The notes under the pieces are model-generated. The model had not been told where the DNA came from. It ran no database searches and saw nothing but the letters and a program-made list of their open reading frames with translations. From Phoronis australis (taxonomy: Eukaryota; Animalia; Phoronida), in assembly GCA_002633005.1 (NCBI GenBank), contig NMRA01000068.1:98453-162452 (forward strand): a stretch of 64,000 nt of DNA. The letters run 5' to 3'. This document shows positions 11,104 to 23,806 of the stretch, piece by piece (position 1 is the stretch's first letter; each line of letters begins with the position of its first letter). The translations under genes and the position numbers were made by a program.

Positions 11104-13528
11104 CATAGACATCACACGCGCTACTGCAGCTGACAACTCGACGCCATATTGGAGAGTGCTACTAGTCACGTGACATGGCTAATTGCCGTGTAAACAAACG
11201 GGGTAAATTATCTTTTTCAAAGCGCTATATCTAACACTTAAAGAGGCCAAAGAGTGTGATTTTTCCAGAAACATACAAAAACATGTGATGTAGCACTTAT
11301 ATGCATTTTTTTTAAGAGTTAATCAGTTGATAGGGAAAATATTAAACTATTAGAAGATCGCAACCAGTAACAGATTCTCAAGTGGCCTGAGCGGCTGCAC
11401 GCCTGTCAATCCACTGCGAGCGTTTTATTTTTTCGTTTTTTCAAGAGAAACCACTAAGATCGCGCAAATTTATCATTTAATTTGTGTCGTTCGATGCAAA
11501 AACATTATAACCAGGAGACGCACCGCTCACACGGGACGTATGGTGCCCCAGTAAGCCTTTTCATATAGTGTTGAACAATCACCTCGGGTAACTTTGTAAA
11601 ATTAAAACATGACCCTAGTTGCTTTTAATGGGGTCTAAATTTAATGTGAACTACTGTGAAAAATGACCTCGTTGGGGTCAAAAAATGAATGACAGGTTTT
11701 TAAAGTTCATTAGAGCGTTTTCCCGCTCAGTACAGTGATTTTGAGTGTGTGATAACATCTAGCTCCTTTGTTAACTGCCGAGCATAGTCTTTTGTTGGGT
11801 AGGACAACATGCAGATAAATTATCTCCCAGGCTTATAAAAGATCACATGTGAACACAGTCAAACACAGTACGTTGGTACGTTCAGACAGAACAGATTGTC
11901 TTCATTTCGCTTGTAGTTGGGTGATTTTGGAGATTCAAAAACTATAAGCTTGTCAGTATTTGATCGGCAATTCAGAAATGTCATTGGTTTATGTTCAAAC
12001 ATTTTATAACTTAACTTATTTTTACAGCACAGCGCAGTGAGGATATAAGATATGATCTTATCGGAGATTAGATCAATTATCGAACAAAAGAGAGTGGACT
12101 CTCTAACCCTAATTGCCAGAATGGACTTAATCAGTTGTCACTGTAAGATATTGGCTACAGCGGTCATTCGCCCAACTTGTTGTGATATACAACTTAACAA
12201 GTTCGACTCAACGGGAGAACGCCGTAATGTAAAAAGCAAAGAACACAGACTCAGTTTTTTTCCTGTGCATCGCTCGGAATTGCCAACGTACAAATATTCT
12301 TCTCTCACGCACGGTATTCCTCTCTCACGAATCTGAAGACCCCTCCCCCTTGATCAAGCACCAGGCACTTGTTGGCGTTTTGTAGTATCCCCACACCATG
12401 TAATTGTGTGCTCACAAAGAGATCAGCCCCGCTCCCATATATTATTTCGGACCGTTCCTATCCATCCCTGCCCTTAATCTGATATACTTACTGCGCGACC
12501 CTCAGCAGAGAAATGTAAAATATATTCTTCTCTCACGCACGATGTCTGCTGCGGGGAAACCGTTGCATAATGACGGACAGGTTTTCATGGACGTGGGGTC
12601 ATTTTTTCAAGGGCTGAAAATTCTTCACATTAAATTTAGACCCTGTGAAAAAACTAAACGGGTCATTTTTCACGGGGTCATAATTAATGTTACATTTGCT
12701 CGGTTGGGTATATTTCCATTCGGTTTTGAGTGGGAAATTCTGTATTTTGGGTAAAGGTTAGATGCGCAATTCAGTCGTACAGGTTTGATATTTTGGTTAC
12801 TATGCACTTTACATTTTTGCGCAAGTTCGTCACAAAACAGAGCTCGTAAGGCAAGCAGTGCAAATGTAAAAAAATTCCAATGTCAACTTCGACATTAGTA
12901 CAGATTTTGTTTTGAAACAACAGAAAACATCTGATTTTGGAATACAAATTAAGAAATGAGTTTTTACTGAGAGCAGTATATGTTTCAATAGAGAATACAC
13001 TTTTCACTTAGATGTACTGATTTCGATGCCCCGGCTGGCGAGTAAGTTCAGGTATGCTATTTTTCAGTACAAGTAAAAATACATATGACTGCCATTAATA
13101 CTAAATATTTACTTAAATATAATTAGCAAGCAGCATTATCATTGGATAACAGTATATGCTGGTCAATAATTATCTTTTTAATTGATCTCATAAGGTCTCA
13201 GTCACCAAGACTGATGTGTAAACAACGCATATAGTCGTACTGCTTAAGCTTTGGTGGCAGAACATAAAAGCCTATTTGCAGCACCACTGAACTCCATGGC
13301 CGAACCAAAAAACGCATGACTCGTTTGAAGGACCAAAAAAAAAATAACTCTTTGGCTGCAGGCATAATACTGCGAGCCCCCGCATTTCCTGACTGATGCC
13401 GTAGGGCTCCCAGTGTTTTCCGCCATTTTTGTCCTGTATAGCACTCTCCAATATGGCGTCATATTGACAACGCGAGCTGCCTGTATCTTAGTGGCATTCG
13501 CCCGGTCTATAGTATTAAGATGTTTATG
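11104..13528. mobile_element. non-autonomous P-superfamily-like DNA transposon
   Basis: Perfect 8-bp TSD GTTGGCTT (11096-11103 and 13529-13536). Termini CATAGACATC / GATGTTTATG (9/10 inverted match, CANRG-type). Subterminal perfect 22-bp inverted repeat GACGCCATATTGGAGAGTGCTA (11140-11161 vs 13439-13460). Confidence 0.75.
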
Positions 13529-13877
13529 GTTGGCTTCTTAGATGGAATGTGGGTGTATAGCCACTTCAGTTTTGTTAGCAATTGATTTGTGGCCGAGGTT
13601 GCTTTGGACAGAAAAAATTATCTTGGCACGTAAATGTGCTTTAACTTATGGAAGGACCTCATGCAGTGTTAATCAATCTTGCCTATCTATTCCCAAATGG
13701 TTCTGATGGAGTCACTGGGGTCACAATGAGTTGACAGTTTGCACGTGGAGACACCTGTTGAGTTAAACTGCATCAACATATCTTTTTGTGATGTGCTCAA
13801 CTTTTACATTTAAATTGATTTTTTTTGATACTATTATTTGATAAATTATTGGTACTATATTGTGTTTTGAATAATTA

Positions 13878-14071
13878 TAGACCTTTTTCACGCAGTCGCC
13901 ATTTAAGTAGTGAGCCTCTTTGTAGGTTTAAAAAATGATGCTTTTGAGACATAAATATAATGAGGCACGCAAAAAGTCATGCTTTACATGGTGATTAAGC
14001 GCAGAATTCATTGTTTTTAAAACCTAAAAAGAGGCTCACTTTTATAATGGCGACTGCGTGAATAGGGTGTA
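13878..14071. mobile_element. palindromic MITE
   Basis: tagacctttttcacgcagtcgccatt..agtgagcctcttt..taggtttaaaaa pairs with tttttaaaacctaaaaagaggctcact..aatggcgactgcgtgaatagggtgta. Confidence 0.7.
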
Positions 14072-15309
14072 TTGTGGACAAATTCTTTCCTGCTCTGCGT
14101 ACCCTATAGTAATTTCTACTCTTGTTGCAGTGCTTATAACAAGCCCTACCACACAGACAACAGCAGGTTCCCCCAAAGTGGACGAGTTCACAGATGCAAT
14201 CGCTCCAACTAACATCATCCTTCATGTTCTAAATTTCTCATTTACCGCTCGAGTTATTGAGAAATTCGCAAAACTGGCATCGAGTCTAAGTGTAGACTTT
14301 CTCCAAATAAGCCAAAATTGGACTGTCTGAAGGAGTGAGTTTAGAGAAAATTTGTTTTGGCGTGCCCTACTTGTGCTATTGTAGTGTACTTTTTCTCTGA
14401 ATGCATTTACCGTTGTATCAGTAGTATGATTGGCTGTGTGGAGCATTGTTTATGTTATTTTATTGATAACAAGTCATAGTAGTAATGAGTTGTGCAATAC
14501 ATTCCTTATTGTTTACTCTACATGCAAGTGTTACCTCAACAGGATCTTCAGTGGCAACGTTGTCATCTGACTACACCGGCAGGAAATGGCGTCGGACATG
14601 TTTCATTAAACCGTTCATTTTTGCTTTGTCCTGTGAACTCTGTTGTCCAGTGTTGACAGATGTTAAGCCAATTAAAACAAGTGTTACGCCGCCCATCTAC
14701 AAAGTTGTGATTTCTTTTAGCATTACTAGTTGCATGCGTAAATGGCACATATGGCATGTGTTATTACATCCCTAAAATAAGAATTGAAAAATGCAGAAGC
14801 TGGTAAAGCGTTGAGTGTAATTAAGCTTTGAGCTTGGTAGGAGTGGCCCTTCATCAGGTACAGACAAATGGTATGAAAGGTCGTCTTATACCAACATGTT
14901 TAAAATGTCTTTTTTTACTGCCATTCTGATGGGTATTGAAAAAATAATGTCATTGAGATTTCTTTAGATCTCCCGAGAATGGTGGTCTTAATTTTACTGG
15001 ATTTTGAAGTGTTTTATCAGTTTTTGCATTGCCTTATCTTCTCTGGTTTTGACAAGTAAGTTTTAAGAATCGAAGCATGTATGTTGCATGCTTGGAGAAT
15101 TTTAAAATAAAACTGTTGAAGAATATAATGCCTAATGCTGTAATCACAATTTTTCTAATCGCAGTCTTATTGTTAAGTGCAGCATTGTAGCATCATGTAT
15201 GAGGCGAACAACAAATATAGGATATTGATATGCACCCAGGTTGTGCATTGCGTAGAACACATTTAAAGGGATGATCATTATTTTAAACATTCCCACCAGT
15301 CGGAGCTAT

Positions 15310-16167
15310 ACTAGTAAACTAAAGCTAGCCTGGGCAGTGTAACCAAAATCGGAAGCGTCCGAACATCATCGTCCTCCCCGGCCATGATCATAGAAGTATA
15401 CCAGTCTAATTTAACAAAGATCTTGCAAGAGTTTTAGGAGATAGAGTCAACGACTAGAAAAAAAATAAGACTGCCGCTACAGGGTACCACTGACAGTAGT
15501 CAGTCACCTGGAAATTGTCAGTTCTTTCCAGAAAAAACCTGCAAATTTTCATGATTCTGGAGTAGCTTGTCCAACAGATACGGATGCCAAAAGATTCAAA
15601 AATAGGTGGTGTACAATACCTCAGACATCTCGAAAATGGGTATGTGTCGTTTCATCGTTTGATAAATTTGGTGATCGTCCCTCGAGGAATTGCCACTCGG
15701 GGATCCGTCAGTCGTCACCATCTGCTACTTTTATTCAAATATAAGTTCCTGCAAGGGGTTCATGAAATACAGCTGCAGACCCAAAAGCAAAACTGCCACT
15801 AGGAGGTGGCCAGGTGGACACCAAAGAAAAAAAATGTAAAACGGCCACTGAGTGGTACAGAATACGCCAAATCCATCTGAAAGAGAGAAGGCGGCATCAT
15901 CCCTGTAACAAAAACCTATTTGCCAAGTTTGACAAAAATCTACCAAGTAACTATGAAGATGGACTCTAACAAAAAATATAAAATTGTGATTAAGGGGCAA
16001 AGTGAGAATTATATTCATAGCAAAATATTTGCCAAATTTCATAAAGATCCTGCAAGAAATACCATAACAAGACCGCGGGGTTTTGAATTATTTATTTTAT
16101 TTTATTTATTTAACAATTTCAGGTATGGCTTGCTCATCTTGCATTTTAATCAGCAGAAATAACTAGT
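15310..16167. repeat. dispersed repeat with internal subrepeats (related copy about 19960-20550)
   Basis: Recurrent motifs ccaaatttcataaagatcctgcaag / aaactgccactagg / ggatccgt in both regions. Family not identified. Confidence 0.5.
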
Positions 16168-17036
16168 CTATAATTGTATAAATCTTAATTGCTGCTGTGC
16201 ACAAGGAGTAATGTAAATTAAGTGAAAATTTGTAAGCAAGCAAACCAGTCAACAAAATTCAACTAATCAAGTCAACTTAACATTACTTGTACATAGACAT
16301 TAAGCTGTTTGATGTGACAGTAGTAGATCAAACTAATTTGAAAATACAATTATTAATAAAGAGACTACAGACAATTACAGACACAATTTTACCAATAACA
16401 TAACTTGTACATTAAGGTTCGTTTGGCGAAATATTGAAACTCAAAGTATTCCTGAAACATGAGTCATCGACAAACAATACATAAAGTTGCCCTCGTGTGA
16501 TTCACCTCGGACCATATCCACTGCACTGGTAGCAAATTAATGTTATTGTTGTGAGTTGCGTATTCAGAGACTCTGCTGGAGGACTTGGATTTAAAGCTAG
16601 CACAAGTTTTAACTTTACTATTACTGGGTAAACATTGATACTTCAAAACGAATTGTGGACATTTGTTTACAATGAAGACAAATTCACCCGAAGCTAACAC
16701 GAAAACGGGTTGAAACAATGTGAAGCCAGACAAGGTTGATTCGTAACATGAGCAACCAAACCCAGAGAGGAAGTCCGTCCACACTCGGCATGATGCTGTC
16801 TCCACTTTCACAACAGAAAACTGCGTAAAAAGTTGAGATGTGTGAACGAAAAAGAAACCAGGGCAGCTTCATCCACTGGGTGGGTTTTCATATGTGCAAT
16901 ATTTGCCTAATGCTCTGTAGGGATAAAATTCAGCAACATGATGTACAAGTTTGCATAATACAACATTTGTTATGAACTCTTCCATTTTTTATAGTCAGTG
17001 ATTAAAATTACTACATTCCTATGAACGGCCGCAGTC

Positions 17037-20000
17037 TTAGGAATCCCTGCTTCTCTGCTGAGCGATGTAGATATTCCAAATGAGTGATACCATGTTGGCA
17101 AAGAGTACTCTATACTGAAATTAGAAACAGTAGCAGTCATTAGAATGACATGAAGCAATACAGATACATGGGCAGCGCACCATAGGGGGCTGAAGGGCTA
17201 TAGCCCCCCACTTTTTTCAGTGCTACGCCGCACGTGATCTATAGGCAGTGCATCACAGGGGGGCTGAGGGGGCTTTAGCCCCCCCACTTTTTTCAGTGCT
17301 GCTTTGCCCATGAGATAAAGTAAATTTAACATGAAAGAATAACCATTGCAGCAGAAATACAGAAAAAGTGGCTTTAACACACACAGAAGGTCACAGATGT
17401 ATAGCAGTGTGAAACTGATTGTAGATGGCGCCACTACATCTTAGTGTGGGACTGTTGCATACACATTTCAGCCTACCACTCACCCGTTGTGGAATGTAGT
17501 TGATGTTTATATACTGGAAGACAGTCCATATTCTCCAGTTCATCTTGATGGCCTCCCACAAGTTTTGTCGAATCTTTTGCATTGCCTCACTGGAACTTTT
17601 TCCCTGAAATCCACACACAACGAATACATGTATGTGAATCTCTAAACACTACAAGAACTCAAATCATCGAAATCACATTAACATTAACATAATTAATGTA
17701 ATTAAGACGACTTGAATGTAAACATAAGAACAAACTATGAGACAGAGTAAACTATGAATAAAAACGAATAGCAACTCACTATCTCATACCGACAATAGTG
17801 ATGTAAACAAGTTTTTATTGACAGAAAACAGAGACACAGCAACTTAAAATTTGTAAAGTAGCAAAATTAATAATAGATAACAGGTAACATTATGACATCA
17901 GTCCAAACATACCTCCAGTATAGCTACAACGTAGAACAACAGAAACAAAAATGGTGGAGCAAAGACAAGTCTGTCTATGACAACCCTCTTGATCGTAGAA
18001 TAGTTCTCAGATTTGGGTACAAGAACATCAAGGTATTTGTAGAAGTAGTGGGTGACAGGTCCTGTGAAGCCCCCGCTGCAAAAGAACAGAAGATACAACT
18101 TAATATACTACACACTGAACAACTTAATTAGCTTTTTACAAAATTTCAGAAATAAGATAAGACATAGTTGTTATGTTATCCTCTGCCAATGTTATGTTCT
18201 GATTGGTTGCCTAATGCTGGACTATGGCGATCAACCAATGAGGGTTTGGATACCCAGGTTATGTTCCATCCACCACTTAGTCTTCACATTTCTGTTAATA
18301 GGATAACATGTTACTTTTTTACTTTAAGAGATAAATGGCAAGTGCTACATGGTTTGGATCAGCATTGAGGTTTGCTTATTTCTCGAGCCAAGACTAGTTT
18401 TATTCCAATTTGGACCCTACTTTTAACATCTGGGTAGGTAGGCAGGCAAACGATTTTTTGGTACTTCAAAAATCAAGAATGTTTGAAATGTGCCATATAC
18501 TTCAAACACCAAGCGATCCTCAACATGAAACCTAGATACTTAGGTAGCAAGTTTAATTTTTATGACAAAATTCAACCAAGTAATTGTAAATGCCATTGTG
18601 GTAACAAATTTTTTCTATTGCTTTTAACTTGTTCCTACCCGAGCAGTTGTTACTGACGTGTACCTGCTGCTGGTTGGTTCTTCTTGGACTTTCTAATATT
18701 TTTCATCCAATGAGTGACGAACTCTTCAGGTAAATTGAGAAATTGACAACAGGAGGGCATGAACATTTAGCCATGTCAGATTATTTTTGCCAATTTTTAA
18801 TTTATGTAACAACTGACCCAAGCAACGAGTAAGGACCAATTATCTGTCACCAATCAAGCAAAGATGATTACATCACTTTTACAGAGATATAAATAAAAAG
18901 TCGGTGGAATTTTGTTTATAAAATTTATCTGAGTCGGCCTTTTTAGAGGGTCGATCGCAACCATGGAAACAAATTTAATTCTTATTTTGACCCAACCTAG
19001 TGACACGCAAAGTAAATATATTTTATTTCCAATAGAAAAAGGATAGTACTTTATTTATGTTATAAATGAATGTGGGCCTACTGGATTTATTGCAAAACAA
19101 GAATGTTTCTCGTAATCTGAGATCATTCTCCAAAGTAGATACTCGGCCATTTAGAATGCAATTAACACATGCACTGCATTTTGTTGGATTTGGTAAACAG
19201 CACGGAATTCAGTCAAAAAATTAACAAATATTGTGAATAATGAAAAAGTTGATTTTATTGCTGTTTTAAAAGTATAGGACCTTGGAAGAAGTCCAAATTT
19301 GGCAAACTTTGAATAACGAATCTTAGATATGACGGATCGGATTTACATCAAATCGTCAGATACTATGCTTCATCCACTGGTCATCGAAACGCTGTGAAGG
19401 AATTGTTTGTTCTATTTCAGCATATCAAAAATATGCCACTTTCATGATTTTTATGAAAAAATCAAAAACTGCAGGAAACCACAACAATACTTTGACAATT
19501 ATCCTTTTATCACAACCTTTTTGTCAAATTATGGGGTAGTTCATGGAAGTATTATGTAGTCGGTTACCCGGATCGTGGTTTAACAGTAAACAGTCAGATA
19601 GTTGACCAACAAGGTAGCAGCAGCAGGAATTTGATGGATTAGAGCAGCATAAAAACAAACACAGTCACTGAGTTTGTGCTGACACACAAAGTTCATTAAC
19701 TCTAACTACAATATATATAGTGAATAAAAATATGCGTGGGTTTTAAGAGCAAAGCAACAACAATGTTGGAAGATGATATGAACATGAATGAAGTGTGGAC
19801 AGCTGTCTGCCATGTTGGGTTTCACTTTGAGTAGATACTGGTCAATGATATAGTAAACAAAACACAAGGAGGTCCGGAATGGTTACATAACATAAATTGT
19901 TTTGTTGGACACTTGTATGTCAAAGGAAATGATTAAACTTGCACTTAATTTAAACTTCATGAGAATTCATGACACACATTTCATGAAAATCTATCAAGAA

Positions 20001-23000
20001 ACTGCACAGAGAAAGTTGCCATTAGGGCACACAGCGTTAGTTGGATCCGTGCGAAAATCATCATCGCCTGTTGTCACCTCCATATACTTGCCAAATTTAA
20101 CAAAGATCCTGCAAAGGGTTTAAGATATACACCCATGCACAAAAACAAAAAATGCCACTAGGGGATGCCACAGTAGTCGGATTTGTCAAAAAATAATCAT
20201 CAGACCTTCCCTTCCCAGTAGCAACAGATACGAATTTTCATAATAATCTTTGGAGCAGTTTGACTGATAGAGAGGCAGATGAAAACAGTAAAATAGTTAC
20301 CAGGTGGTGTAATCCATCCAAGATGGCGTCCCCTCCCTAATACAAACCTATTTACCAAACTTCATAAAGATCCATTTAGGAAAACGGAAGATACAGTCTA
20401 GGCAAATGTGAAAAATTAAAATTGCCACTAGAAGACACCCCAGTACCTCGANCATGTCTACATAGTTTTATGAACATTCATCCAGGAGTTTTGGATGTAC
20501 AGAAGAGGACCCAGACAGATGCCGGAGTAACGCTGGAAGTCAGTTCCAATCAGACCGAGAGATATGATACAAGTAACACAAAATCTGATTGATCTGAAGA
20601 GCCGAGTGCATGAACAAGTAAAACCATAGTAGGAAACTTTGATGAGTAAGTGAAAATCTGACTAATGCATGTCCAACTTAGATCCATTTTACTGTTCAGT
20701 ACAAAGTAATGAATGAAACATATTTGAGGTAATAAAACCAATCTTTTTACATTGTTTCACAATTACTAAACCATCAGACACAGCAATATCAATATGACAG
20801 CAGTATTTTAAAGGTTTAATAACACAATCATGAGAAGAATATAATGCACTTACGCAAACACGGAAAAAGCTGCTAAACTTCTCCATTGAATCCCTTGCGA
20901 AGTCCTGTGATTTCCAGCGATTAACTGAGCTATTAAGTTGCCAACTGCAGCTACTACACCACTGTAAATGAAAATATATTGATCGACTATCATTTTCATT
21001 GAGAATTTTCTAGTTCAGATGGATTGGCCACTCTGTGTACATTGAAGGCATTGTATACCCATCATATAAATGTGCTTTCACTTACATCATTATAGCTGAA
21101 GCAACAAACATAACAAAAAATGTGTGCCTACACGCCAGTATTTTGTATTGTGTGCCTCATTTCTTTCTAGTTGGATAGATTTTACATTGCCTATCTCAAA
21201 AAAATTGAATCTCAAAAATTGAGTACTTCAGCTTGGTAATTAGAATATATAAGAATAGAGTTTAAAAAGTCACCAAAACCAACAGAAGTTTGTCAGTTGT
21301 AAATGGATATAATATAAATTATGTAATATTGGGATCATCATAGATACATGCCTTGAATGCACATGAGTTCAGCTCATACCTCACGTTTATGGCAAAATGA
21401 ACCGGAGGGCTTATAATTGGCCTCACGAGGTGAGGCCAAAAAGCTCATGATTGGGATATCTTCACATCATGAGCGTGATTCCTCACAGCATTTGGGCAAA
21501 GTGAGAGAAGTGATTAGCTGATTACCTTTAGTAAGCAATGAAAAATAATTACTGCATCACCTGACACCATCAAATCTCTCTCGCTCACTCATTCTATAAC
21601 CATGTGTACTGCTACATAAGTTATGGCAAACTGTGAAAATGAAGTTTAGCTTAAATTTAAAAAACCCAACTTTTTACCCACATTGTTCAAAATCTTCGTT
21701 TTCATGTTTAGTCGTACATAGCAAATTAGCTGGCCAGGGGCTTAAGCACGCAGTATTTGGCGGGCATTAAGGTCGCAATTATAGTGACCACCGTCTCAAC
21801 TGGTCTTTGGTACGGTGAAGCTCCTATAGTCGCTTCATACGCTGGAAGCTTTCCACAAAATTATGCCTCACACTAACTAAAACATTAAAGTCACATTTTT
21901 TAAAGTACCTTTTGCATATAGATGAGGGACACCATAGAGGGCCATCAATATCTTTCCTTCAAACTTGAATAAATACTCCCGTTATCAAACATTTTTTCAA
22001 GCAGCCCTTCATTCAGTTGGCCAAATTGGCTACTGGCCACATTTAATATTGCCCATGCCAGGAGCAATGATGTCATTACAGGATTTTTTTAAGTTGGAAG
22101 AAATTACGGTAAAGACATCAACGCCAACGGCCTCCTATGCTAAGCTTAAGGTGTCCCTCTTTTCACAAAAGGTATTCAAAACAACAACTTCGATGTTTTA
22201 AACAGTATGAGGCATATTCTTCCAAAATCTTCTAGCGTATGAAGTGCCCATAGGAGCTTCACCGGCCATCTCTAAGACCAAAACTGCAGTAAAGACGGTG
22301 GTTATTGTCCACTCTAAGTCGAAACGAGCGAACAAGGTTTACAGTAGGCAATGACCATCGCTTCTGTTGGCCCGACCAGAGGCGATGCAGCTCCTATAGG
22401 CGCTCTACACGCCGGAAGCTTTTCGGCAAATTATGCCTCGCACCCACTAAAACATCAACGTCACGTTGTTATAAATACCTTTTGCGCATAGAGGAACACC
22501 TTAGGAGGTTGTTGATGTGTTTAATTCCTTCCAACTCGAACAAATACTCCCATTATCAAACTTTTTCTTTGAGCAGTCCCTATTTCAGTTCCCAAAATCG
22601 TGAACTCACCATTTTCACTCAGAGCATGCCAAGAGATATGACCTCATTCTTTTAACCAGGTCGAAGGTCAGAAGTTGCGGTTCTATAGGCGAACTTTGAA
22701 AGCTGAAGTCCCCGCCCTCTGCCGAGAACTAGCCATGCATTTGCCGTGTTGTTAAACATTAAAATGTCAAATATGTGCACAAAGACTATTAAATGTCATA
22801 TCAACAGCATTAATTTTTATCAAATACAAACACTAATTCATTGAAATACAATTAGTCAAGTAACGCCAATTAAAGACAAGTAGTGGTAGCATTTTAGAAA
22901 CGAACATTTGACTGACAAAACCGCAATGGCTCACCTTTGGCCTATTAATATTTAAAGATTGAGGTCATGAAGTCACATCACCTAGCGAACGCAGTAACAA

Positions 23001-23424
23001 TTGGAGCGTGCGCAGTATAAAAATGGTGAGTTCACGATTTTGGGAACTGAACGAGTGACTGCTCGAACAAAAAGTTCTATAACGGAAGTATTTGTTAGAG
23101 TTGGAAGGAATTAAACACACCGACAACCTCCTAAGGTGTCCCTCTAAGCGCAAAAGGTATTAATAACAACGTGACTTTCATGCTTTAGCCAGTGCGAGGC
23201 ATAATTCGCCGAAAAGCTTCCGGCGTATGGAGCGCCTATAGGAGCTGCATCGCCTCTGGTCGGGCCAACAGAGGCGATGGTCATTGCCTAGGTTTACAGC
23301 AGGTTTACAACCTTGTCACTGCCTTGGTCGGAACTGGGTGTTCAATCAACAGTCTGACATATTCTTTCACACACTTCTCCGCTACCCCTTCATCCTTTTT
23401 ACGAATACTTTTACTGGAACTCAT
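17037..23424 (-). CDS. PXMP2: peroxisomal membrane protein 2 (Mpv17/PMP22 family), 193 aa
   Basis: Exons 23424-23312, 20961-20854, 18075-17913, 17603-17484, 17114-17037, all phase-consistent (582 nt). Translation MSSSK..YVRLLIEHPVPTKAVTSGVVAAVGNLIAQLI..GGFTGPVTHYFYKYLD..VIDRLVFAPPFLFLLFYVVAILEG..IKMNWRIWTVFQYININYIPQRYRVLFANMVSLIWNIYIA matches PXMP2 motifs. Confidence 0.93.
21780..22308. mobile_element. older, diverged relative of the adjacent MULE-like element
   Basis: gtgaccaccgtc..gctcctatag..ggaagcttt..aaattatgcctcacac aligns to the 22345 TIR; a partial inverted arm lies at 22130-22308. Confidence 0.6.
22345..23290. mobile_element. Mutator (MULE)-like non-autonomous element with about 280-bp TIRs in PXMP2 intron 1
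   Basis: Termini TAGGCAATGACCATCGC / GCGATGGTCATTGCCTA; inverted arms about 22345-22630 and 23005-23290; perfect 9-bp TSD GGTTTACAG (22336-22344, 23291-23299). Confidence 0.8.
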
Positions 23425-23806
23425 CTCAATAAGGTCAAAACTTGTACGTCTAGATACGAACTAAGTACTGATCTACCAAACAACATAGGGCGCAGACATA
23501 TTGGTTAAATGTAAAAGCGTAATCATTAAAATAAATTTCAACAGGACATATTTCAAGTCAGAATACAATAAAACAGAAAGATATCTTTTTAAGAGACATA
23601 ATTAACATTCATTTATAAACTTTGCTACAAAAGCATCAATAAAAACCAATTAATATCGAACAATAAGTTATACTTCTTTTTAAGAAGATAGAGAATTTTA
23701 GCTACCTCTATCTTGACTTCCGTTTTGGGAGGTTTACTTTTAGACAAGTTTAATTCATTTTATAAACTAAATATGTGAGTTAACGTGAACTTTACTTCAA
23801 ACCAGC
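23425..23806. promoter_or_regulatory. putative bidirectional promoter, PXMP2 / DGCR2-like
   Basis: Divergent start codons at 23424 (-) and 23807 (+) are 382 nt apart; ETS-like ACTTCCG at about 23716. Confidence 0.55.
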
